From: Candidatus Woesearchaeota archaeon
GTDB taxonomy: Archaea; Nanobdellota; Nanobdellia; Woesearchaeales; GCA-2686295
Reading direction: 5' to 3'
DNA: 64,000 nt
Assembly: GCA_016784125.1 (NCBI GenBank)
Contig: JADHVI010000001.1
Span: 14,417 to 78,416 of the forward strand
Shown: positions 10,005-18,109 of the stretch, in pieces
How the letters are laid out: each line of letters opens with the position of its first letter
Numbering within the stretch: position 1 is the first letter of the stretch
Translations under genes and position numbers: made by a program
The notes under the pieces: generated by a model
What the model was told of the DNA's origin: nothing
Seen by the model: only the letters and a program-made list of their open reading frames with translations
The model's database searches: none

Positions 10005-11393
10005 TTATCCCAGTGAATTCTCCATTTCTAATTCTATCAATTTATTTAGTTCAATTGCATATTCTAGAGGTAGTTCTTTTACAATTGGTTCTATAAAGCC
10101 CGAGACAATCATTCGAGTTGCTTGTTCTTCACTCAAACCTCTGCTCATTAAGTAGAATATTTGTTCTTGACTTATTTTTCCAACTGTTGCTTCATGTCCT
10201 AAATCAACATCCTTGTTTTTGACTTCTATATATGGAACTGTGTCTGATTTTGATTTATCATCCATCATTAAAGCGTCACATTGAACAGAGGATTTTGCAT
10301 TTTTAGCGTTCTTACCAATTTCCAATAACCCTCTGTAAGTTGTTATGCCTCCGTCTTTACTTATACTTTTTGATTTTATTAGTGAGGTGGTATTTGGCGC
10401 GAGATGATATACTTTTGATCCAACATCTTGGTTTTGATGTTTTCCAGCATATGCAATTCCCAAATGTTCTGCTCGGGCACCTTTACCTTTAAGAATAGAC
10501 GTTGGGTATAACATTGTGGCTCCACTTCCAAGATTTCCACCCACCCATTCTATAATTCCATTTTCTTCAACAATGGCCCTTTTTGTATTTAGATTGTATG
10601 TATTTCTACTCCAATTCTCAACAGAACTATATCTCATTCTCGCACCTTTTTTTATGAATATCTCAACGCAACCTGCGTGCAAAGAATGGACCCCATATTG
10701 TGGTGCCGAGCACCCTTCTATATATTGCGCTTCAGCACCTTCTTCTACTATTATTAATGTGTGTTCAAATTGACCTAACCTTCTGGCATTCATTCTGAAA
10801 TATGCTTGTAATGGTAGGTCTATCTTAACACCTTTAGGTATGTATAAAAATGTTCCTCCACTCCAAACAGCACCATGTAAAGCTGCAAATTTGTGTAATG
10901 TTGGTGGAACTGCAGTCATAAAATATTTTTTGAATATTTCAGGATACTTTTGAATTCCAACATCACAATCTTCAAAAATTATGCCTTTATCCACCCATTC
11001 TTTCTTTAAATTATGATAAACTACTTCTGATTCGTATTGTGCTCCAACTCCGCTCAAAGCTTTCTGTTCGGCTTCTGGTATTCCTAGTTTTTCAAATGTT
11101 GACTTTATATCTGATGGCACATCATCCCATGATCGAGAATTTTTCTTCGCGTTTGGTTTCATAAAAAAGGTTATCTTATTCAAATTGAGGTCAGATATGT
11201 CTGGGCCCCATTTAGGCATTTTTAACTCGTTGAAAATTTCTAAACATTTTAATCTTCGTTGCAACATCCATTCTGGCTCATTTTTATCTTTAGAGATGGC
11301 TCTAACTACACTCTCATTTATTCCTGGTTTGAGTTTGAGCGAATATGTGCTCTTATTTTTGTGATCAAATCGCTCTCTATTGATTTCTTTCAT
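10005..11393 (-). CDS. sufB: Fe-S cluster assembly protein SufB
   Basis: Contains SGVGAQYESEVVYH, CSAPQY and CDALMMDDKSKSDTVPYIEVKNKDVDLGHEATVGKISQEQIFYLMSRG. The ATG at 11393 is preferred over the upstream GTG at 11402. Confidence 0.9.
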   Translation of the reverse strand: MKEINRERFDHKNKSTYSLKLKPGINESVVRAISKDKNEPEWMLQRRLKCLEIFNELKMPKWGPDISDLNLNKITFFMKPNAKKNSRSWDDVPSDIKSTFEKLGIPEAEQKALSGVGAQYESEVVYHNLKKEWVDKGIIFEDCDVGIQKYPEIFKKYFMTAVPPTLHKFAALHGAVWSGGTFLYIPKGVKIDLPLQAYFRMNARRLGQFEHTLIIVEEGAEAQYIEGCSAPQYGVHSLHAGCVEIFIKKGARMRYSSVENWSRNTYNLNTKRAIVEENGIIEWVGGNLGSGATMLYPTSILKGKGARAEHLGIAYAGKHQNQDVGSKVYHLAPNTTSLIKSKSISKDGGITTYRGLLEIGKNAKNAKSSVQCDALMMDDKSKSDTVPYIEVKNKDVDLGHEATVGKISQEQIFYLMSRGLSEEQATRMIVSGFIEPIVKELPLEYAIELNKLIELEMENSLG

Positions 11394-11457
11394 TATCAGC
11401 ACCAGACTTAACCATAGTTAAACAGCAAGTATATTTAAAGCTTTCTCTCAGAAAGAG

Positions 11458-12159
11458 CTATAACAACTTTGAAGCTAAATTAAAAAATTCTTTTGAAACC
11501 TTAGAATGAGGATGAGAATAAACCACTGGATGATTCAACAAATTCGATTTATGAACCTTCCTATCAAAAGGAATATTGGCAATTACTGGCTGTTCTAAAA
11601 CATTCATAGCCTCTCGTTCATTCAATTCATGACACCAAATTCCCGACTTATTAACAACCAAACCCCTCATGTCTTTCTTTAGTTCCAATGAAGTTTCAAT
11701 TATCTTTCTGGTAGCATCAATGGTTGCTTCTTCTAAATTTGTAATAATTAAAGCCTCATCACTAGCTTCTAAACAAGCCAAAGATTCATCATTTATTCCT
11801 GCACAAGTATCAACTATTACAAAATCCGAGAAATTTTTCATATCACTTATAACTTCTTTTAATTTGTTAAAATCTAAATTTTTCAAATCACTCGCAGATG
11901 TTTTCGCAGGAATTACTTGTAAACCCGAAGCATGCGTATGAATTAAATTTGAAAAGTGAATGTTACCATTTAAAGCATCTTTCAATGAAAGTTCAATATC
12001 TTTAGCCCCTAGGTGAATGTGAATTGTTGGTGCGGAGACGTTTCCATCAACTAACAGAGTATGTTTTCCAAGAGAATTCAAAGCGCAAGCTATGTTAATT
12101 GCTGAAACTGTTTTTCCAATTCCCCCCTTGCCTGAGAGTACACTAATTATCCGACCCAT
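11458..12159 (-). CDS. MinD/ParA-type P-loop ATPase
   Basis: Deviant Walker A SGKGGIGKT, Walker B-like FVIVDTCAG. 233 aa. Last gene of a tightly overlapping three-gene unit. Confidence 0.75.
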   Translation of the reverse strand: MGRIISVLSGKGGIGKTVSAINIACALNSLGKHTLLVDGNVSAPTIHIHLGAKDIELSLKDALNGNIHFSNLIHTHASGLQVIPAKTSASDLKNLDFNKLKEVISDMKNFSDFVIVDTCAGINDESLACLEASDEALIITNLEEATIDATRKIIETSLELKKDMRGLVVNKSGIWCHELNEREAMNVLEQPVIANIPFDRKVHKSNLLNHPVVYSHPHSKVSKEFFNLASKLL

Positions 12160-12607
12160 CTTCAGTAATCATACTTCTAACATATTCTAAGAAGCTTCTT
12201 TGAAAATCATAGTATTGAGAAATTATATCTATGTTAACTATTTCCTTCCGATTATCAATATAACTAGTCATAGTTACATGGCGTCTATACTCTTGTTCTT
12301 TGGCAGGATTGGACTTGTGAAGTTTTCTTAAAAGAAAATATAAGTTAATGTTGTCTTTCACAAGATCATCATCAAATGTTTCTTTTATCAATTCACCACG
12401 CTCTCGAGGACTGATGGGTATTTCAAATATTTTTTCTTCTTCAAGACCATACTTGAGCATTGCTTCCATCATATAATCATAAGCATCAATCATTCTACCT
12501 ATGACATTTAGAAGTACATCTACTGTTCGCGTATATTTTAAACTCACATATATCAGGTGATCAACCCTTTTTAATTCTTCCTTCGCATCATTTAAAGATT
12601 CCTGCAT
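12143..12607 (-). CDS. Hypothetical helical protein (154 aa), distant paralogue of 12588-13073
   Basis: ORF overlaps the MinD-type gene by 17 nt and the upstream gene by 20 nt. It shares an architecture and motifs with that neighbour (N-terminal ..DH.. helix, central (V/I)PI, HK(R/S)xP, E(F/Y)xR). Confidence 0.5.
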   Translation of the reverse strand: MQESLNDAKEELKRVDHLIYVSLKYTRTVDVLLNVIGRMIDAYDYMMEAMLKYGLEEEKIFEIPISPRERGELIKETFDDDLVKDNINLYFLLRKLHKSNPAKEQEYRRHVTMTSYIDNRKEIVNIDIISQYYDFQRSFLEYVRSMITEDGSDN

Positions 12608-13073
12608 CCTTACTCACCAATCTATCGATGTCTGTTATAAACATCTTTGTTTTTGCAATATATTTTTTCAAGTCATCACAACTAATTGTTTTCATACGAT
12701 AGTTGCTTGAACATATAATAAATCTGTCGCCGCGAGAAAATTCAACCGGACTTCTTTTATGTTCAGTCAAAATTTCTCTTATTTCCTGTATTAGATTCAC
12801 GTACTCTTTATTAATTTCGTGCTTTTGCACAAGTCTATCTCGAAAAAGATTAAACTTAGAATCAAACGTATCTTGAAAAATTGGAACTCTTTTGAATAAT
12901 CTCTCATAAAAAACCAATGAAGACATAGCATCCGACAAGGCAGAGAATATATTTTCCATAACTGCCAAGAGTATCTTTGGATCCTTGACGAGAGGAAAAG
13001 TCATAATTAGCATGTGATCTGCAATACGAATGTTCTTTTTGGCTTTTTCCTTGAGAACTTGGAATTCTTCCAT
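12588..13073 (-). CDS. Hypothetical helical protein (161 aa)
   Basis: First gene of the three-gene unit. I recognise no family. Confidence 0.5.
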   Translation of the reverse strand: MEEFQVLKEKAKKNIRIADHMLIMTFPLVKDPKILLAVMENIFSALSDAMSSLVFYERLFKRVPIFQDTFDSKFNLFRDRLVQKHEINKEYVNLIQEIREILTEHKRSPVEFSRGDRFIICSSNYRMKTISCDDLKKYIAKTKMFITDIDRLVSKDAGIFK

Positions 13074-13112
13074 AGAAGTTATAGTGTGTAGAAATATATA
13101 AACTTATCGAGA

Positions 13113-13451
13113 TTAAGAGCTCAAATTCATTATGGCTTCAGCCAAATCTCCTTTTGACTCTTTTATGGCTTTAGTGACTTCTTCTTTTGAACAATTTGTT
13201 TGATCTATAACTGTTTGAATATCTTCTTCTGAGATGTCGGGCGTAGAATCAAGTGCTCGTTCTTCTATGTCACCAATTACTTGATATGTTTCCTGACCCA
13301 TAGCATTAACTTTGGAGACTTTTGGATTTGAAATGACTAGTTCCTTTTCATTCATTCGAAATATAACTTCATTAACTTCTAAGTCCTGTTGTTCCATACC
13401 CATCCGCCTCATCATTTGTTTCATCTGACGCGGATTTATTGAAGGCATCAT
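13113..13451 (-). CDS. nac: Nascent polypeptide-associated complex protein (NAC domain + UBA)
   Basis: Contains MMPSINPRQMKQMMRRMGM, a NAC beta-barrel region and a C-terminal UBA-like EEVTKAIKESKGDLAEAIMNL. The ORF is open to 13475, but M9 at 13451 matches usual archaeal NAC N-termini and avoids overlap with sec61beta. Confidence 0.8.
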   Translation of the reverse strand: MMPSINPRQMKQMMRRMGMEQQDLEVNEVIFRMNEKELVISNPKVSKVNAMGQETYQVIGDIEERALDSTPDISEEDIQTVIDQTNCSKEEVTKAIKESKGDLAEAIMNLSS

Positions 13452-13455
13452 TTTT

Positions 13456-13626
13456 CTAAAAGAATGATCCCCCACTCATATGCAGAAAAACTTCTATAAT
13501 AATTACTATTACAACTAAAACGATTATGTATTGTGGTTTAAATTCAATTCTCGACTTATAATCGTCAAAATATCTGGTTATTCCCGCTGTTGAAGCAGGC
13601 ATGTTTACTTTATCTTTTCGACCCAT
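13456..13626 (-). CDS. Preprotein translocase subunit Sec61-beta
   Basis: MGRKDKVNMPASTAGITRYFDD followed by a single C-terminal TM helix. GAGGT lies upstream of the ATG at 13626. The longer track ORF (to 13686) would run into the RNase P RNA. Confidence 0.7.
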   Translation of the reverse strand: MGRKDKVNMPASTAGITRYFDDYKSRIEFKPQYIIVLVVIVIIIEVFLHMSGGSFF

Positions 13627-13644
13627 TTTTACCTCATAAAAAAA

Positions 13645-13974
13645 TTGTAGGACGACTATAAGCCGCCTTTTGTAAGACTCTGTCAATATCCAACCGTTGA
13701 AGGTTTTCTATTCATGCAGACAGTCTTTCTTAGCATTATACTTAGCGCGTTTCGCTTGCACAAATCAGGACTCGCCGTTTCATCCTTTCCCATGAAGACG
13801 TCAGTGAGTTATCTTACAACAGTCGCCTGTTGTGTCGCCACATCATTCCATTTCGTGGGTGGTTTCGTTTCTGAGCCGTTGCCGTCTCTTTCGAGACCTC
13901 TCTTCCGAGAGTGATTACGATAGTGGGCGGACTTTCCTCAGTCATATGACCGGTAGCTAAGTGTCATCCTACAA
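13645..13974 (-). ncRNA. rnpB: RNase P RNA
   Basis: The minus strand carries GAGGAAAGUCCGCCC (complement of 13925-13939). It also carries ACAGAGUCUUACAAAAGGCGGCUUAUAG (13683 down to 13656), in which GGCGGCUU pairs with AAGUCCGCC leaving the bulged U of P4. A perfect 12-bp P1 forms between UUGUAGGAUGAC (13974-13963) and GUCGUCCUACAA (13656-13645). A GGAUGAAACGG segment is present. U7 follows P1. The region is locally GC-rich in an AT-rich genome. Confidence 0.85.
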
Positions 13975-13993
13975 CTATGGGATGAATTTTCCA

Positions 13994-14001
13994 TTTATAA
14001 A
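13994..14001 (-). promoter_or_regulatory. TATA-box-like element for the RNase P RNA gene
   Basis: Minus-strand TTTATAAA lies about 20-25 nt upstream of the first P1 nucleotide (13974). Confidence 0.5.
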
Positions 14002-14255
14002 TTTAATCTTTAATTATAATCAAGACGACAATTATGTGCTTTTTAGATTATAAATGTAAACGCTGTTTCCTTCATGATAAATTTGTCAATTAAAATTGGT
14101 TTTTGCACTTCAAAACATTAAATTTATATAGTTTCAGAGTTTAAAATCGTTTGTAGGATTAACAGATCTTTTGGTCAAAAAAAAGAGGAATATATGACAG
14201 CTATCAAAAATCAAAGATTTTTGGAGCACCAGAATTTTAGTCTAGAGGTAAAATT

Positions 14256-15260
14256 ATGACTGAACCAATTTTTAAAATACAAAATGTGGTAAAGAGCTTC
14301 GGCGACCACATAATTCTGAATGGTGTTAGTTTTGATATTAGAAAGGGCGAAATCTTTGGTTTAATAGGCGCAAGCGGATCTGGAAAAACCACTTTGTTAA
14401 ATATTATTATCGGCGCTGTCAGACCAGATCAAGGAGATGTTTTGTTTAGATTTGAACATTTATTGGATTTTCAAAAGGCTATGGCTTTTCGTTCTGTTTT
14501 TAAAAAACAGACTGCCGTAAAAAAAATATATGGTTTTGCTTCTCAAATGCCTTCTTTTTATAGTAATTTGACTTTAAAAGAGAATTTAGAATATTTTGGT
14601 TCTCTTTACGATTTATCATATGACGCATTAAGAACCAACATAGAAACTCTGTTAAATCTCATGGATTTGAAAAATTACGATGATTTATTGGCAAAAAATC
14701 TTTCTGGAGGTATGGAAAGAAGGCTTGATATTGCCTGTTCCTTAATTCATGATCCTGCAGTTTTGGTCTTGGATGAGCCAACAGCCGACTTAGACCCCGT
14801 TCTTAGAGATCATATTTGGACCTTAGTAAGAAAAATTAACAAAAAAGGAACCACCATCATTCTTGCCAGCCATCATTTATCAGAAATGGAAAATTTGTGT
14901 TCACGAATAGCCATTTTAAAAGATAAAAAAATTTTGGATGTAGCAAGCCCAGATTCTATTAAAAACAAATATTCTAAAATTCAAGAAATCCATATTGAGT
15001 GTTATCCTGGAAACTATGGCAAGATAATGCCTAAATTGACAAAGAAATATTTGAAAAGTTACGAAATTAGAGGCTCCAGAATGGTCATATTCACAGATAA
15101 ACCTCAAAAAGTATTTCACGAACTATTCCCCATTCTTGAAAAAAGAAAAGAAGAGGTTATTGATATGAAAGTTGGAAAGGCCTCTTTAGATGATATTTTT
15201 ATTGCCTTATCAAAAGATGAAAAGAATGAAATTTTTAAAAACAATAAACAAAAATCTTAA
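14256..15260 (+). CDS. ABC transporter ATP-binding protein
   Basis: Walker A GASGSGKTT, signature LSGGMERR, Walker B LVLDEPTADLD, H-loop ASHH. About 100 aa of extra C-terminal domain. Confidence 0.85.
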   Translation: MTEPIFKIQNVVKSFGDHIILNGVSFDIRKGEIFGLIGASGSGKTTLLNIIIGAVRPDQGDVLFRFEHLLDFQKAMAFRSVFKKQTAVKKIYGFASQMPSFYSNLTLKENLEYFGSLYDLSYDALRTNIETLLNLMDLKNYDDLLAKNLSGGMERRLDIACSLIHDPAVLVLDEPTADLDPVLRDHIWTLVRKINKKGTTIILASHHLSEMENLCSRIAILKDKKILDVASPDSIKNKYSKIQEIHIECYPGNYGKIMPKLTKKYLKSYEIRGSRMVIFTDKPQKVFHELFPILEKRKEEVIDMKVGKASLDDIFIALSKDEKNEIFKNNKQKS

Positions 15261-17220
15261 GCTTTTGATGAGGGCTAAGAGTTCTGCATTCATCGTCATA
15301 TTTGGACCTTTGATAATCATACTTTTAGTGGGTTTAGCTCTTAGTAACACAAACACTTATGAATTATCCGCAGCATATTTTTCACCTGATGCAAATAATT
15401 CATTAACAGAATCGTTTGTTGAAGAAATAAGAAATAATGGATACGTCGTTACTGAATTTGATTCTAATCAAAGTTGCATAGAGGAAATTAAAGAGGGCGG
15501 AGCTCATACGTGCATTGTTTTCCCTGCAAACTTTGAAATGAGTAATGAAGATGCAAATAAAGTCCAATTTTTTGTTGATTATTCGCGAGCAAATCTTGTT
15601 TATCAGATTATCGAAGCTGTTTCTTCACAATTCGAAATGAGAACTGCAGAATTAAGTAAAGACTTAACAGACGTTCTTCTTACAAAAATAACTCAAACAA
15701 AAGGTGAACTAGACGAAAACGTTTTGGCCATAATAAATATTAAATCTTCCATTGAAAGCATTAGTTCCAATATTGGTGCTGCTCAAGATGAAGCGGACGC
15801 CGTTGATTTTACAATGGGGGTTATCCCTATGAATATCATTGGAGCGGGAGTTACAAACCTATATAATTTGGCTGATGATTTAAGGGATGAGGGAATTGAT
15901 GCAGTTGCAGAAGGAAGAAACTTTGCCGATGATGTTGGAAATGTTTCTGGCACATCTGACTTTTTGGAAGATTTGGATGATATTCAAGCAAACATTAATT
16001 CTAGCTATAATGCATCTGGTGATAAGTTAGATGAATTAGAAGATTTAATCAACAATGCATCTACAAAAATAAATAACCTTCAGGATCAACTTGAAGTTGG
16101 TGAAGCTAAAAATCAAGAAGTAATTGCCAAGCTAAATTCTGTAAAAACTTCTTTGGATAATTTAAAGATAAGCACCAATAATTTAAAAGCAAAAATTGAA
16201 ACTAGCCATTCAAATTTAGAAAATATTGGTGTGTCTTCGGCAGAGGGAATTGTGAGCCCGATAAAAACAGAAATTAAACCAATAGTTTCAGAATCCAATC
16301 AGTTAATATTTATGTTTCCACATTTACTAGGCCTACTTATAATGTTTATAGGAATAATGCTATCTAGTGCATTAATCATAATGGAAAAAAGTTCTAGAGC
16401 CTCATTCAGAAACTTTACAACCCCTACAAAGGAGGGTTTCTTTGTTGTCACAACATACATAACTAGTTTCTTGATTTTGTTAGCTCAGATAATAGTTATT
16501 TTAGTTCTTTCATATTATTTCCTAAATGTTGGAATTTCGGCCAATATTTGGTTAACAGCTTTAATTTTACTTATCACTATGAGTATATTCGTACTGATAG
16601 GTATGATAGTGGGATATGCCTCTGCCACACAAGAAGCAGCCACAATGCTATCTATTGCTATAGGTAGCATATTGTTGCTCCTGTCAAACTTAATTTTGCC
16701 CATTGAAACCATGTCAAAATTTGTTGTGGACATTAGCAGATATAATCCGTACGTCATGTCTTCGGAATTGATCAAACAGACAATGTTGTTCCAAGCAGGA
16801 ATTCTTGATATTTGGGTGGAACTGCTTTTATTAGCTGGTGTAATGATTGTCTTAATTGCGTTGGCGTTTGGAGTTAATAAAGCATCAAAAATGAGGCTGC
16901 TACAAAAAAGTCCACATCTACACAAAGGATATATTTATGTGCCAGAAGACGCTTATTTAAAATTAGGAAAACACATTATAAAAAACAAGAATGATGTCTT
17001 AAAAGTACTTAAATCTATGAGTGATGAAGAGTTTGAGACTCATGTCAAAAAGAAGAATGAAATCTCTGATTGGGTGAGCAACATTCTCAAAGAAAGAAAA
17101 TTAGCTTGGAGACTTAGATTCAAAGTCAGAAATAGAATGCTTGCGATAATGGAGAGAGATATTGAAAAGGAAAATAAGTATAAGAAAAAGATAATGAATA
17201 ATGCGAAAAGAGATTCTTAA
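15226..17220 (+). CDS. ABC-2-type permease with a large extracytoplasmic coiled-coil domain (YhgE/Pip-like architecture) and a cytoplasmic C-terminal tail
   Basis: An N-terminal TM (SAFIVIFGPLIIILLVGLAL) is followed by roughly 330 aa of a heptad-like, D/E/N-rich region, then about 5 TM helices and an ~110-aa basic tail. The start is uncertain (15190, 15217 or 15226). All candidates overlap the ATPase gene. Confidence 0.7.
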   Translation: MKFLKTINKNLKLLMRAKSSAFIVIFGPLIIILLVGLALSNTNTYELSAAYFSPDANNSLTESFVEEIRNNGYVVTEFDSNQSCIEEIKEGGAHTCIVFPANFEMSNEDANKVQFFVDYSRANLVYQIIEAVSSQFEMRTAELSKDLTDVLLTKITQTKGELDENVLAIINIKSSIESISSNIGAAQDEADAVDFTMGVIPMNIIGAGVTNLYNLADDLRDEGIDAVAEGRNFADDVGNVSGTSDFLEDLDDIQANINSSYNASGDKLDELEDLINNASTKINNLQDQLEVGEAKNQEVIAKLNSVKTSLDNLKISTNNLKAKIETSHSNLENIGVSSAEGIVSPIKTEIKPIVSESNQLIFMFPHLLGLLIMFIGIMLSSALIIMEKSSRASFRNFTTPTKEGFFVVTTYITSFLILLAQIIVILVLSYYFLNVGISANIWLTALILLITMSIFVLIGMIVGYASATQEAATMLSIAIGSILLLLSNLILPIETMSKFVVDISRYNPYVMSSELIKQTMLFQAGILDIWVELLLLAGVMIVLIALAFGVNKASKMRLLQKSPHLHKGYIYVPEDAYLKLGKHIIKNKNDVLKVLKSMSDEEFETHVKKKNEISDWVSNILKERKLAWRLRFKVRNRMLAIMERDIEKENKYKKKIMNNAKRDS

Positions 17221-18071
17221 CGAAATATTATACTTGCGTAACTAACCGAATTTCTGTAATCACCAACGATGTCTCCAGAAGTATAATACTGTTCTAACAA
17301 CACCTTATCCGATCTTATTAGTCTAAGTAAAAGAGCTATTGGTAACGCGCCACAAATAGTTGCAAATTTTTCTTCGATGTATTTTAAGAAGCCGTTTGAA
17401 TCAAGTTGTTTAATATAATTTATAGCCTCACCATCAAGATCATAAATGTTTTGTTTGACATCTTTTGAGAATGGCACGTAATGATAGTTTGGACCAAAAT
17501 GTGTAAAATCTGAACTGATGATAAATGTTGCTTTTAATCCTGTTTCAACCAATGTTTCTTTAATATCAATTGCCAACTCATTTAAATCTGTATCTTGACT
17601 TAAAAGGATTGGTAGAATCCTAATTTTTTCAAGTTTCTTTTTGAAAACAAATTGCAAAAATGGCATTTGAACTTCTAAAGAATGTTCTCTTTCGTGAATT
17701 AATTCGTTTTGTTTTATGTGGCCCTTCTCAGATAATTTTCTTGCAAAATCTTGGTGAACTCTCACCATTCCAAAAGGTGTTTCAAATGTTTCCATTGAAA
17801 ATCCTGATTTATCATAATGATGACTCGGACCAACTAGAATGAATAGATCTGGAAAGTCTGACTCTGCTATGGCTTTGTAACTCCAAGCAGCACATGATCC
17901 TGAGTACACATAACCTGCGTGTGGGGTAATAACTGCCTGTAAGGGCTCTTTTATTTTTTGATTAGGTAAAGCGCCCGGACCTCTTTCGCCTGTAAAACAA
18001 GTTTCGATTTGTTTATTTAATTGTGATTCAAGTTTTTCATAGAACATTCCAGCAAATTTTGCTTCTCTCAT
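17217..18071 (-). CDS. MEMO1 / AmmeMemoRadiSam system protein B family protein
   Basis: Contains REAKFAGMFYE, VITPHAGYVYSG and SSDFTHFGPNYHYVPF. 284 aa. Confidence 0.8.
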   Translation of the reverse strand: MREAKFAGMFYEKLESQLNKQIETCFTGERGPGALPNQKIKEPLQAVITPHAGYVYSGSCAAWSYKAIAESDFPDLFILVGPSHHYDKSGFSMETFETPFGMVRVHQDFARKLSEKGHIKQNELIHEREHSLEVQMPFLQFVFKKKLEKIRILPILLSQDTDLNELAIDIKETLVETGLKATFIISSDFTHFGPNYHYVPFSKDVKQNIYDLDGEAINYIKQLDSNGFLKYIEEKFATICGALPIALLLRLIRSDKVLLEQYYTSGDIVGDYRNSVSYASIIFR

Positions 18072-18109
18072 ATATTAATATCTGAAAAAAGAACTATATA
18101 AACTTTACT

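Noticed and set aside
13627-13686. N-terminal 20 codons of the 76-aa ORF call for Sec61-beta
   Set aside because: This stretch overlaps the 3' P4/P1 strands and the U-tract of RNase P RNA. An internal ATG at 13626 with a GAGGT ribosome-binding site gives a normal-length Sec61-beta.
13714-13914. 66-aa plus-strand ORF in a GC-rich patch
   Set aside because: It lies entirely inside the RNase P RNA gene on the opposite strand. The local GC-richness reflects RNA structure rather than coding.
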